64,000 nucleotides of DNA from an uncultured Roseovarius sp. (GTDB lineage: Bacteria; Pseudomonadota; Alphaproteobacteria; Rhodobacterales; Rhodobacteraceae), in contig CAXMWV010000001.1 in the NCBI GenBank assembly GCA_963422235.2, forward strand, positions 174,228 through 238,227, in the 5' to 3' direction. Position numbers and translations under genes: made by a program. The notes beneath the pieces were generated by a model, which was not told where the DNA came from, did not search any database, and saw nothing but the letters and a program-made list of their open reading frames with translations. This document shows positions 1 to 9,415 of the stretch, piece by piece; position 1 is the stretch's first letter; every line of letters starts with the position of its first letter.

Positions 1-1
1 G

Positions 2-919
2 TTCTTCCTGTATCGTGCGGTGTTTGATCCCGGCGTCGAGGCGGTGGAGGACGTAGATCCCGCCGCCACCGGCTATCTGGGCGGTCTAAACCTGCCCGTT
101 ATCCTCGCCTGGCCCGTGGGTGGGTTGCTGGCGGCAGGTGCGGCGTGGATCATCGGCAAATCGGCCCTGGGGCTCAGGTCAGACTATCTGGCCATCGCCA
201 CCCTTGGTATAGCCGAGATCATTCTGGCCATCATGAAGAACGAAGACTGGCTTGCACGCGGCGTCAAAAACGTGGTCGGCCTGCCCCGGCCTGTGCCTTA
301 CGAAATTGATCTGCAACAAGACCCTGCCTTCATTGCGCGCGCTGAGGGGCTAGGCCTCGACGTGGTCACCGCCTCGTCGATTTTCGTAAAACTGGAATAC
401 TCCATGCTCTTCGCAGGCGTCCTGATCATTTTGCTGGTCATGGCACAGCTTGCCTTGAAATCTCCCTGGGGCAGGATGATGCGCGCCATTCGGGACAACG
501 AAACCGCCGCTCGCGCAATGGGCAAGAACGTGACTGCGCGGCATCTGCAGATTTTCATTCTCGGCTCTGCCATTTGCGGCATTGCGGGTGCTATGATGAC
601 CACGCTGGACGGTCAGCTAACGCCGACATCCTATCAACCGCTGCGCTTCACCTTCCTGATCTGGGTGATGGTCATCGTCGGCGGCTCGGGCAATAATTTC
701 GGCGCTGTTATGGGCGGCTTCCTGATCTGGTTTCTTTGGGTCCAGGTGGAGCCGATGGGATTGTGGCTCATGGAAACGATCACCGCACCTATGGCAGATG
801 GTTTTTGGCTCAAAGCGCATCTGCTGGAAAGTGCGGCGCATATGCGGCTTTTCACCATGGGGATCATCCTGATCCTTGTGCTCCGATTCAGCCCGCGCGG
901 ATTAATCCCCGAAAAGTAA
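2..919 (+). CDS. Branched-chain amino acid ABC transporter permease (LivM-type), 5' end outside window
   Basis: The frame is open from nt 2. Multiple hydrophobic segments. LGLRSDYLAIATLGIAEI and GGSGNNFGAVMGG stretches are typical of HAAT-family permeases. Confidence 0.8.
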   Translation, partial: FFLYRAVFDPGVEAVEDVDPAATGYLGGLNLPVILAWPVGGLLAAGAAWIIGKSALGLRSDYLAIATLGIAEIILAIMKNEDWLARGVKNVVGLPRPVPYEIDLQQDPAFIARAEGLGLDVVTASSIFVKLEYSMLFAGVLIILLVMAQLALKSPWGRMMRAIRDNETAARAMGKNVTARHLQIFILGSAICGIAGAMMTTLDGQLTPTSYQPLRFTFLIWVMVIVGGSGNNFGAVMGGFLIWFLWVQVEPMGLWLMETITAPMADGFWLKAHLLESAAHMRLFTMGIILILVLRFSPRGLIPEK

Positions 920-1093
920 AACCCCGGTGTTTCCAATTTGAGGATATTTTTCCCCTCCGTCCCGACTGTCATCACAACAGCAACGGGTGGAAGGATAAAA
1001 CACCGGAATTCAACGTAAATTCCCTGCCGCCATAGTTCCGCCACATTCCAGCGTCAGCACGGCCTTCGCCGTTCGTGAACGGCAACGTGAAGT

Positions 1094-1303
1094 ATGAGTG
1101 CAAGGTTCCGAAAGAACGACGTAATGAAACTGGCTTGGTCTACCTTCTTTGAAGACGAAAGCGGCGCGGCGTCCATTGACTGGACGGTGCTGACGGCAGG
1201 TATCGTTGGCCTCGCGGTGGCGGGCTACATCCTGACGGAGAACGGAACACTCGCCGTGGCCAAAACCATCGTTGCGAACCTGCTGGGTGTGGTGATCAAC
1301 TAA
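1094..1303 (+). CDS. Flp-like pilin family small protein (alternative start at 1124)
   Basis: 69-aa ORF. FFEDESGAASIDWTVLTAGIVGLAVAG resembles the Flp prepilin leader, processing glycine and hydrophobic helix. It is a paralog of the next ORF. Confidence 0.6.
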   Translation: MSARFRKNDVMKLAWSTFFEDESGAASIDWTVLTAGIVGLAVAGYILTENGTLAVAKTIVANLLGVVIN

Positions 1304-1421
1304 CCCACCCACAACGCCACATTTTGGCCAAACTGATTTTTCAAAATCGCAGGTGATTCCAACCCGGTGCGCATATTCAAGCGTGCCGCGCTTTGTGTGA
1401 CCCGAAGGGAAATGTGAAAAC

Positions 1422-1646
1422 ATGGCGATGCATGCGCAAATCAAGGCATTCCTCGAAGATGAAAGCGGGGCGGCAACCGTGGATTGGGTTGTTGGCACAG
1501 CGGCGGCAGTTGGTTTGGGCGTGGCGGCAGTGGACACTGTGGAGTCCGGCGTGAACACGCTGGCTCAGAATATCTCTGATGCCATCGCATCAAAAGCCGT
1601 GAGCAACGGCGACAGCGAAGACGGTAGCGGCGGCGACAGCGGTTGA
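1422..1646 (+). CDS. Flp-like pilin family small protein
   Basis: 74-aa ORF. FLEDESGAATVDWVVGTAAAVGLGVAA has the same motif as 1094-1303. GAAGGGAAA lies upstream of the ATG. The tail is acidic and Gly/Ser-rich. Confidence 0.65.
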   Translation: MAMHAQIKAFLEDESGAATVDWVVGTAAAVGLGVAAVDTVESGVNTLAQNISDAIASKAVSNGDSEDGSGGDSG

Positions 1647-1759
1647 TTGCCTGAATTTGCACGGAATGCAGGACGCCTTTGCGTTGCACATTCTGTCTAT
1701 ATGATGGGGGCAAGACGCCGGGAAGGCTTTGACCTGACGGCAAAAATTGGGTCCCTTGC

Positions 1760-2737
1760 ATGAAAACCTCCAAACTCAGTCTGAAATGGCTCGATGCATT
1801 CCTGCTGACCGCGCGCACAGGCGCTGTCCAGGACGCAGCCGAGGAAGCCGGGCTGTCCGTCAGCACCGTCTCGCATCACTTGCGCAGCCTCGAAGACACG
1901 CTTGGCGTTACGCTTTTCGATCACACACGCCGCCCGATGCGGCTGACCTCTGCGGGCGCGGTGTTCTATACGCATGTGGACAAAGCGATGCGCATTCTGC
2001 GCAAAGCCGAGATCGAAGCGCAGAGTGGGACACTGGCAGACACGAGGGCCTTGTCGCTGGCCATGATCGAAGATTTCGACAGTGAGATCGGCCCCGAACT
2101 GGCCCGTAACCTCGCCGCCGGGATGCCCAAGTGCCACTTCAAGCATCTGACCCGTCACAGCCATGACATTGTCGATCTGCTCAGGGATCAGGAAATCGAC
2201 ATCGGCATTGCCGCGCGCCCCCACGCCATCGCGGAAAACATCACTGAAACGCCCTTGATGAAGGAACCCTTTGTTCTGGCGCTGCCCGCTGACGCGACCC
2301 ATGCACCGGAGACGTATCTAAGCGGCGATCCCCCCCTGCCCTTGCTGCGCTATTCAAGCAACCAGATCATCGCGCGCCAGATCGAACAGCATCTGCGGCG
2401 TCTGCGCTTGCACATCCCGTCGAGGTTTGAGTTTGAGAGCAATCAATCCTTGATGAGCATGGTGGCAGACGGGGACGGGTGGACAATCACAACTCCACTC
2501 AACCACATCCGCGCCAAAAGGTTTCATCGTCAGATCAAACTGGCCCCTTTTCCGGGAAAAACATTCTCGCGTACGATTTCCATCTTCACCGCCGAAGCCA
2601 CACCCAGCACGATCATTCCGCCGGTCAGCGGCACGATGCGCCGGTTGGTCGAAGAACGCGCAATCAAACCGTCGGTCGAACGCATGCCCTGGCTTTCGCC
2701 GCTGTTTCAGCTTTTGCCTGATGGGTACGACGGGTAG
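1760..2737 (+). CDS. LysR family transcriptional regulator
   Basis: N-terminal HTH (LKWLDAFLLTARTGAVQDAAEEAGLSVSTVSHHLRSLE), followed by a substrate-binding-like domain. 325 aa. Confidence 0.85.
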   Translation: MKTSKLSLKWLDAFLLTARTGAVQDAAEEAGLSVSTVSHHLRSLEDTLGVTLFDHTRRPMRLTSAGAVFYTHVDKAMRILRKAEIEAQSGTLADTRALSLAMIEDFDSEIGPELARNLAAGMPKCHFKHLTRHSHDIVDLLRDQEIDIGIAARPHAIAENITETPLMKEPFVLALPADATHAPETYLSGDPPLPLLRYSSNQIIARQIEQHLRRLRLHIPSRFEFESNQSLMSMVADGDGWTITTPLNHIRAKRFHRQIKLAPFPGKTFSRTISIFTAEATPSTIIPPVSGTMRRLVEERAIKPSVERMPWLSPLFQLLPDGYDG

Positions 2738-2764
2738 ACTTTTACGCGCCCCTGATGCGCCGTT

Positions 2765-3814
2765 TCATACCTTCATGACAGCCTTCGCTTGCGCCACAAG
2801 CGCATCAAACCGCGCACCGGCATCCCCCTCGGGGGCAAGGGCCGCACTTTGACCGTAGAGCGAGAACTGATGCTTCGCGCTGTCGGCGGCCTGTAGCGGT
2901 GCAGTGTAGTGATACATCAGCGGGAAAGGCGCGGCCCCGACCGCTGCCATGTCATCAAGCCACTCTGTCCGATGCGCCCGTGCGGGTCTGCCGGACACAG
3001 CGCGGCTGATCCGGGTGGAGCCGTCATCGCCCGTGGCCACGGTTTCAGGGTGGTGTTTCTTGCGACGCGCATCCGGGGCCGTGATGAAGGCTGTCCCAAT
3101 TTGAACACCCGCCGCACCCAAGGCGAACGCCGCCGCGATACCGCGTCCATCGGCGATACCGCCTGCCGCGAACACCGGGACATCCACAGCATCCACCACC
3201 TGCGGCAGAAGCGAAAACAGTCCCACCTGCGCGTCGTTCTCCAAATCAAGGAACACGCCGCGATGTCCGCCTGCTTCCCATCCTTGGGCAACAATCGCGT
3301 CGACACCTCTCTCCACCAGCCACTTGGCTTCGGCCACGGTTGTCGCGGAACTCAGGATCTTGCACCCGGCATCCTTCAGTTGCGCCACGGCGTCTGCATC
3401 AGGCAAACCAAAGTGAAAACTGGCCACCGACGGAGGATGCCGCAGCAACACCTCCAGGTGTCCCTGACCGAACGGTGTGAAATTGGGTTTCGGCATGTTC
3501 GTCGGCGCATCCACACCCGCTGCATCGTAGTGCGGGGCCAGTGTCTCTAGCAGCTGGACATGGTGCTCAGTCCCCATCTTTGGCGGCTCATGACAGAAGA
3601 AGTTCAAGTTCACGGGGCGGTTGGTCAGACCGGCAATCGCTGCGATCTCACTCTGCAACACCTCCAGAGACATAGTCGCGCATCCATGACTGCCCATCCC
3701 GCCCGCGTTGGATACCGCCGCCACAATCTCCGGCCCGGTCGTGCCAGCCATCGGGGCCAAAAGGATAGGGTGATCAATCCCCAGAAGCTCACAAAGTCGG
3801 TTGTTTGGCCACAT
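2765..3814 (-). CDS. Nitronate monooxygenase (2-nitropropane dioxygenase family, FMN-dependent)
   Basis: MWPNNRLCELLGIDHPILLAPMAGTTGPEIVAAVSNAGGMG and FAAGGIADGRGIAAA motifs. I chose the start at 3814 (ATG preceded by GGAGGAG) rather than the 5'-extended ORF reaching 4003. Confidence 0.85.
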   Translation of the reverse strand: MWPNNRLCELLGIDHPILLAPMAGTTGPEIVAAVSNAGGMGSHGCATMSLEVLQSEIAAIAGLTNRPVNLNFFCHEPPKMGTEHHVQLLETLAPHYDAAGVDAPTNMPKPNFTPFGQGHLEVLLRHPPSVASFHFGLPDADAVAQLKDAGCKILSSATTVAEAKWLVERGVDAIVAQGWEAGGHRGVFLDLENDAQVGLFSLLPQVVDAVDVPVFAAGGIADGRGIAAAFALGAAGVQIGTAFITAPDARRKKHHPETVATGDDGSTRISRAVSGRPARAHRTEWLDDMAAVGAAPFPLMYHYTAPLQAADSAKHQFSLYGQSAALAPEGDAGARFDALVAQAKAVMKV

Positions 3815-3891
3815 AGTGCCATCTCCTCCCAAATTCTCAGAAAAACTCTGCCTGCGACTAAGGGGCCATGCAAGGGCGCGCGCATATCCAC

Positions 3892-4323
3892 TCAGGACCC
3901 GCCATATTCCTCGGTCTTGTTCGTGTCGCGCTTGTGCTGCAACCAGTGGCCGCTTTCCACGACAGGGCGGCCTGTGACGTCTTGGTTGTACATGTAGATC
4001 CAAACCTCAATGTCAGGGTCCAAAAGCTGCATCCTGATCCGTAGGTAGAGCGACCCTTGTCGGTCCTTAGGGTCAAAGCGTTCAAACTGATCAAGGATGC
4101 CGACAACAGCCGCGTCGAGGACACGGTAAATTCCCCCATGGACAATCCTATCGCCCGGCACACAGGCCGGATACCAGCCCATGTCGCGTAGGTCGCCACG
4201 GAAGGTGCAGTCCCCGACAAACTCAAGCATCTGCGCGAGGTTCAGTTTGTCATATGGTCGCTCGCCCTTCTGAAGCGATCCGTAAAACATCATCAGATCA
4301 CCCGCGACAGCCTCACGCGTCAT
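3892..4323 (-). CDS. Gamma-glutamylcyclotransferase-like (AIG2/GGACT family) protein
   Basis: 143 aa. N-terminal FYGSL motif and overall AIG2-like pattern. Confidence 0.6.
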   Translation of the reverse strand: MTREAVAGDLMMFYGSLQKGERPYDKLNLAQMLEFVGDCTFRGDLRDMGWYPACVPGDRIVHGGIYRVLDAAVVGILDQFERFDPKDRQGSLYLRIRMQLLDPDIEVWIYMYNQDVTGRPVVESGHWLQHKRDTNKTEEYGGS

Positions 4324-4409
4324 AGCCCTGCACCTCCTTCAAACAACAAGGCCCCCGTAGCGCTCGGACGCGCTCGGAGGCCTTGCACCTGTCATACCCG
4401 GACCAGGGC

Positions 4410-5909
4410 TTAATCCATCGCTTTGAAGTTGAACTCGCCACCTTCCTTGATGCCCGACGGCCAGCGGGCCGTGACTGTCTTGGTGCGCGTGTAGAACTTG
4501 AAGCTGTCGGGCCCGTGCTGGTTCAGATCCCCGAACATCGATTTTTTCCAGCCGCCAAAGGTGTGGTAGGCCAGCGGTACCGGAATCGGCACGTTGATGC
4601 CCACCATGCCGATATTGATCCGGTTGGCGAAATCGCGGGCGGTGTCACCGTCACGGGTGAAGATCGCGGTGCCGTTGCCATATTCATGATCCATTGCAAG
4701 GCAGAGTGCCTCTTCGTAAGACCCCGCGCGCACGGTGGAGAGCACCGGCCCGAAGATCTCTTGCTTGTAGATATCCATGTCCGGCGTGACTTTGTCGAAA
4801 AGATGCGGCCCGACAAAGAACCCGTCTTCATAGCCCTGAAGCGAGAAATCGCGGTTATCGACGACAAGGTCCGCACCCTGCTCAACACCGGAATTGATGA
4901 GACCCAGAATGCGTTCTTTCGCCGCCGCGGTCACGACCGGACCCATATCCACATCATCGCCCGCCGTGTAGGGCCCGACTTTGAGTTTCTCGATGCGAGG
5001 CACCAGCTTGTCGATCAAACGATCCGCCGTCTCATCACCCACGGGCACGGCCACGGAGATTGCCATGCAACGTTCGCCTGCGGCCCCGTAGCCTGCACCG
5101 ACAAGCGCGTCCGCTGCCTGATCCATGTCCGCATCGGGCATCACGATCAGGTGGTTCTTCGCTCCACCAAAACACTGTGCCCGTTTACCGTTAGCACTGG
5201 CACGGGAATAGATATATTGCGCAATCGGCGTCGATCCTACGAAAGACACACCGCCAATCAGGTCATGATCCAACAGCACGTCCACGGCTTCCTTGTCGCC
5301 GTTGACCACCTGGAAGCATCCCGCAGGCAGGCCTGCCTCCACGAAGAGCTCCGCCAACATCAACGGAACAGATGGGTCGCGCTCCGACGGCTTCAGCACG
5401 ACCGCATTGCCGCAAGCAAGTGCCGGGCCCACGTGCCAAAGCGGCATCATCGCAGGGAAGTTGAACGGCATGATCGCGGCCACTACGCCCAGTGGCTGGC
5501 GCATGGAGTAAAGATCAATGCCAGGGCCGGCAGAGTCTGTGTATTCGCCCTTCAGAAGATGCGGCGCACCGATGCAGAACTCGATCACTTCCAGACCCCG
5601 CTGCAGATCGCCCTTCGCATCCGGCAGCGTCTTACCATGTTCACGGCTCAGCGCTTCGGCCAGCTTATCCATATCGCGCTGCATAAGACCCACCATGGCC
5701 ATCATGACGCGTGCCCGACGCTGCGGATTGGTGGCGCCCCAGGCCACTTGCGCTTCCGCTGCCTTTTCAACCGCATCTGCCGTCTCGGCCGCACTGGCCA
5801 TCGGGCATTGGTACTGCACCTCGCCCGTGGCCGGGTTGTAAACGTCGTCAAAACGACCCGACGTGCCTTTGACCTGTGCGCCGTTGATGAAGTGGGTGAG
5901 TTCAGACAT
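4410..5909 (-). CDS. mmsA: Methylmalonate-semialdehyde dehydrogenase (CoA-acylating)
   Basis: 499-aa aldehyde dehydrogenase. N-terminus MSELTHFINGAQV. Catalytic region GAAGERCMAIS is typical of MMSDH. A divergent LysR regulator is adjacent. Confidence 0.9.
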   Translation of the reverse strand: MSELTHFINGAQVKGTSGRFDDVYNPATGEVQYQCPMASAAETADAVEKAAEAQVAWGATNPQRRARVMMAMVGLMQRDMDKLAEALSREHGKTLPDAKGDLQRGLEVIEFCIGAPHLLKGEYTDSAGPGIDLYSMRQPLGVVAAIMPFNFPAMMPLWHVGPALACGNAVVLKPSERDPSVPLMLAELFVEAGLPAGCFQVVNGDKEAVDVLLDHDLIGGVSFVGSTPIAQYIYSRASANGKRAQCFGGAKNHLIVMPDADMDQAADALVGAGYGAAGERCMAISVAVPVGDETADRLIDKLVPRIEKLKVGPYTAGDDVDMGPVVTAAAKERILGLINSGVEQGADLVVDNRDFSLQGYEDGFFVGPHLFDKVTPDMDIYKQEIFGPVLSTVRAGSYEEALCLAMDHEYGNGTAIFTRDGDTARDFANRINIGMVGINVPIPVPLAYHTFGGWKKSMFGDLNQHGPDSFKFYTRTKTVTARWPSGIKEGGEFNFKAMD

Positions 5910-6024
5910 GTGCGATCCTCCAGATAGATTTGCGCGGACAGTAGTGTTGCAGATTTAAGGGGAAAAGATGTAATTCAACAAAAGCGTCATGCATTTTTGC
6001 AAGACCAAATGGGAGCGCTCCACG

Positions 6025-6921
6025 ATGCAACCACAATGGGATGATCTCAAAGTGTTTCTTGCCGTGGCACGCGGCGAAACCCTCTCGCGCGCAGGGCAGG
6101 TCCTGAAGATGGACCCGGCCACTGTTGGTCGACGTATCGCTCGGTTGGAGGCGGCATATGGTGCTGCGCTATTCGCCAAATCCCAGAACGGGTATGCATT
6201 GACCGACGCCGGGCAACGTCTCATGGCACCCGCCATCCGCGCAGAACAAGCCATGGAAGAAGCTGCCGAGGAATTGGCGGGGCCCACAGCAGGTCTGTCG
6301 GGGCAAATCCGGATCGGGGCACCCGACGGGTCAGCAAACTACCTGCTACCACAGGTCTGTGCGAAAATTGGCGCCGCCAATCCAGACCTTGAAATCCAAA
6401 TCCTTGCCCTGCCCCGTGTGGTCAATCTGACTCGGCGAGAGGCTGACATGGTCGTCGCCGTAAGCCCGCCAAGCGCGGGTCGGCTGACTGTCCAGAAAGT
6501 GTGTGACTACAAACTGCATCTAGCCGCCAGCGAAACCTACCTTGCGGAGCATGCACCGATTGAACAGGTCAATGATCTGAAGGACCATCGGGTCGTGGGC
6601 TATATCCAGGACATGATTTTCGATAAGGAATTGGATTACCTGTCCGAAAGCAGTTTGGAGCGGGTCGACCTGGCGTCAAACTCGGTTTCTGTTCAGCTCA
6701 ATTGGCTGCGCCAGGGAGCTGGCATCGGTATCGCCCATGACTTTGCCCTGCCCGCGTTGCCCGGTTTGCGCAAAGTCCTCGCCGACAAGATCAGCCTGAC
6801 GCGCAGCTTCTACCTGATCCGCCATGCGGATGACCGCAGGCTGGACCGGCTGAACCGATTTGCCAAGGCTCTGACGACTGGTCTGCGCGCCGAAATTCAG
6901 GCGTTGGAATCGCAGACTTGA
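6025..6921 (+). CDS. LysR family transcriptional regulator (divergent from mmsA)
   Basis: HTH region WDDLKVFLAVARGETLSRAGQVLKMDPATVGRRIARLE. ATG at 6025 preferred over the upstream ATG at 5989. Confidence 0.85.
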   Translation: MQPQWDDLKVFLAVARGETLSRAGQVLKMDPATVGRRIARLEAAYGAALFAKSQNGYALTDAGQRLMAPAIRAEQAMEEAAEELAGPTAGLSGQIRIGAPDGSANYLLPQVCAKIGAANPDLEIQILALPRVVNLTRREADMVVAVSPPSAGRLTVQKVCDYKLHLAASETYLAEHAPIEQVNDLKDHRVVGYIQDMIFDKELDYLSESSLERVDLASNSVSVQLNWLRQGAGIGIAHDFALPALPGLRKVLADKISLTRSFYLIRHADDRRLDRLNRFAKALTTGLRAEIQALESQT

Positions 6922-6981
6922 CAGATACCTGCCCTGTGCCTGACGCTTGAGACCTCAAAATAGCCAAGGAAGGGAGGGGCC

Positions 6982-7416
6982 ATGCTGGTCAAACAGATCC
7001 TTCAAGCCAAGGGCGACGACGGTGTGATCACCGTGACAGAAATCACGCCCATTTCTGAAGCTGCAAGTATTTTGGCCGAACGGCGCATTGGGGGCGTCGT
7101 TGTGTCAAATGACGGTAAAACCGTCAGCGGCATTCTGTCGGAGCTCGACATCGTCAGGTCCATCGCGGCGCGCGGCCCGCTCTGTCTGAGCGATCCAACG
7201 AAAGCGATCATGACGCGCAACCCGGTGTGCTGCACGCGCGATGATAGCTCTGATGACGTGTTGACGCGCATGACCGAGGGCCGGTTCCGCCATATGCCGG
7301 TGGTTGACGGTGGTGATCTGGTTGGCATCGTGACCATTGGCGATGTGGTCAAGGCGCGCTTGCAGGTGCTGTCGATGGAGAACACGGCGCTCGAAAGCAT
7401 GATCATGGGGCATTAA
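6982..7416 (+). CDS. CBS domain pair protein
   Basis: 144 aa with two CBS-like repeats (GGVVVSNDGKTVSGILSELDIV and HMPVVDGGDLVGIVTIGDVV). Confidence 0.8.
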   Translation: MLVKQILQAKGDDGVITVTEITPISEAASILAERRIGGVVVSNDGKTVSGILSELDIVRSIAARGPLCLSDPTKAIMTRNPVCCTRDDSSDDVLTRMTEGRFRHMPVVDGGDLVGIVTIGDVVKARLQVLSMENTALESMIMGH

Positions 7417-7538
7417 ACGGGTCGCCGTTTTTCAGAAACGAAAACAGTTCAGAAAGTGACGCGCCCCGGACATGATCCGGGGCCTCTCTCGAATGCTAGT
7501 GGACGCGGACAACCTCCCTTACAGCCCGTTCCTGCGAT

Positions 7539-8684
7539 CTACCCCGCCAAGGCTTGCTCCAAATCCGCAATAAGATCACCCGCCTCCTCAATACCAATCG
7601 AAAGCCGCAGCAAGTTTGCTGGAATGCCAGACTGCGGCTCCACTGTCGCGCGATGCTCAACAAGTGTTTCCGTCCCGCCAAGTGACGTCGCCCGGTGTAT
7701 GATCTGCAACCGTCCAGCGACTGCCAACGCCTCTTCCGCGCCACCCATGACCAGCACGGACATTAGATAACCCGCCCCGCCGCACATCTGACGCTGCGCC
7801 AGTGCGTGGCCGGGATGATCAGGCAATCCAGGATACCATACAGCGTCGACTTCAGGATGCGCAGCCATGGCCTCCGCAACCCGTTGCGCGTTGGCACACA
7901 TCCGTTCCAGCCTCAGCGGAAGCGTGCGCATGCCGCGCAACAAAAGCCATGCGTCCAGCGGACCTAACAACGGCCCGGTCTCAGCCCGATGCGCACAGAT
8001 ATCTGCCCAGATTGGCAACTCCGGATCACGACAGGACAGCACCCCGGCCAAAACATCGCTGTGGCCATTGATCGCTTTGGTGGCCGAATGCATGGAGATG
8101 TCTGCACCAAAGGCCAACGACTGGGTTAGAACCGGGGTCGCGGCAGTGCCATCAACAGCCAGCACAGCGCCAGCCTGATGCGCCAGATCAGCGATCCGCG
8201 CAATGTCGGCCACTTTCAGCCAGGGGTTTGAGGGCACTTCGATCCAGACAAGATCGGCAGGCGAGGCCAGTGCCGCTTCCATCTCGGTTGGATCGGCGGC
8301 ATCGACGGTCTCCATCTGAACGCCGCGCTTGGCACAGAACCTTTGCAACCAATGCGTCACGCCCCAATAGATGCCTGACTGTACCACCGCGCGGGACCCT
8401 TGCGGCAAGCTTTCAAACACCGCGGCCACGGCTGCCATGCCGGAAGACACAAGCCGCGTCGCCGCCGCGCCTTCCAACTGGCGCAACACCTCTTCTGCTT
8501 GGGCGACAGTAGCGTTGCGGTCCCGGCCATAGGCACCACCGCCATCCAGTTGGTAGTTGGCATCGCGTTGAAACGTCGTGGCAAGCTCAACGCCGGGCAC
8601 GACGGCCCCACCCTGCCCCGTTGCCCCGGCTGCCCGCGCTGAGATGGTGCTGGGTTTCAGGGGGTGTTTTGAGATGTCTTTCAT
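7539..8684 (-). CDS. PLP-dependent Cys/Met-metabolism enzyme (cystathionine gamma-synthase/beta-lyase family)
   Basis: PLP-lysine motif MHSATKAINGHSDVLAG. Family-typical N-terminus KPSTISARAG...VPGVELATTF. Start set at 8684 (MKDISKH). Confidence 0.8.
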   Translation of the reverse strand: MKDISKHPLKPSTISARAAGATGQGGAVVPGVELATTFQRDANYQLDGGGAYGRDRNATVAQAEEVLRQLEGAAATRLVSSGMAAVAAVFESLPQGSRAVVQSGIYWGVTHWLQRFCAKRGVQMETVDAADPTEMEAALASPADLVWIEVPSNPWLKVADIARIADLAHQAGAVLAVDGTAATPVLTQSLAFGADISMHSATKAINGHSDVLAGVLSCRDPELPIWADICAHRAETGPLLGPLDAWLLLRGMRTLPLRLERMCANAQRVAEAMAAHPEVDAVWYPGLPDHPGHALAQRQMCGGAGYLMSVLVMGGAEEALAVAGRLQIIHRATSLGGTETLVEHRATVEPQSGIPANLLRLSIGIEEAGDLIADLEQALAG

Positions 8685-8692
8685 ATACAACC

Positions 8693-9415
8693 TCAGTTTT
8701 GGAACAGGCGGCCGGGCCCTGTACCACCTCCGGCACCTGCCAGTTTCAGTACATGCCACAGCATGGCAGAGTTGGAGCTGATCACAGGAACGCCGGTTTT
8801 GGCCTCCGCCTCGTCAATAATCCCGAAACTGCGCAGGTTCGTGCAACTGCTGAACACCGCTTCAACGCCGTCCACCTTGGCCGCAGCCTCAATTGCCGCC
8901 AGCGTAGAGCTTTCCGCGATCCGCGCGACGCGACGATCATCGCGTTCACCAAAACTCTGCTCCGACAATACTTCAATGCCATTACGCTCCAGAAAGGCCC
9001 GCATAGGTGCAACCACGTCGGGCGCATAGGGTGTCACCATTGCGATACGCTTTGCGCCCAAATGGTTCAACGCGGCCAGCACACCACTGATCGGATTGGT
9101 CACCGGCACATCCGACTTGGCCTTTCCAACTTGGCGCGCCACGGCGTCAGGCCCAATCACGACCGAGGCCGAGGTGCAGCCGTAACCAATCGCATCCAAC
9201 CCCTCTGGCAGCAACTCTGCCGAAGCCGTCATCCGCGCCTCCATCATTCCAAGGTTTTCAGGCGTCACATCCGGGGCGCATTCGATCCGCGTATGCAACA
9301 GTGAGACATCCCGTCCCACCATCACCTGCCGGGCCTCGTCCTCTAATGTCTCGTCGGTGCTCAGCACGATCAGACCAATGCGGAGCACATCTTTTGTTTC
9401 GATCTCATAGTCCAT
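8693..9415 (-). CDS. Asp/Glu racemase superfamily protein (maleate isomerase / arylmalonate decarboxylase-like)
   Basis: 240 aa starting [22 protein letters not shown]. Two Cys motifs (GYGCTSAS and SSCTNLRS) are typical of this family. The start overlaps the anmK stop by 1 nt. Confidence 0.7.
   Translation of the reverse strand: MDYEIETKDVLRIGLIVLSTDETLEDEARQVMVGRDVSLLHTRIECAPDVTPENLGMMEARMTASAELLPEGLDAIGYGCTSASVVIGPDAVARQVGKAKSDVPVTNPISGVLAALNHLGAKRIAMVTPYAPDVVAPMRAFLERNGIEVLSEQSFGERDDRRVARIAESSTLAAIEAAAKVDGVEAVFSSCTNLRSFGIIDEAEAKTGVPVISSNSAMLWHVLKLAGAGGGTGPGRLFQN

Noticed and set aside
920-1093. A long-range inverted repeat CCGGTGTTT ... AAACACCGG (about 924-932 and 997-1005) as a structured RNA or riboswitch
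   Set aside because: The inner pairing is poor when written out. I recognised no riboswitch consensus and no T-tract. It may simply be spacer sequence.
2765-4003. 5'-extended versions of real genes (also 8693-9676, 9415-10629, 13908-15251, 37402-38676, 42082-44907, 45522-46115, 52181-53761, 58442-59293, 61174-62247, 62075-63841)
   Set aside because: The extensions are Arg/Pro-rich and overlap neighbouring genes. They precede internal ATGs that line up with conserved family N-termini, and several of those ATGs have visible Shine-Dalgarno sequences. I used the shorter coordinates.
4383-5927. A 514-aa ORF on the plus strand that exactly shadows mmsA
   Set aside because: The sequence is Arg/His/Gly-rich and low-complexity with no motifs. 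It mirrors a strongly supported aldehyde dehydrogenase gene. Long antisense ORFs of this kind are expected in high-GC DNA.
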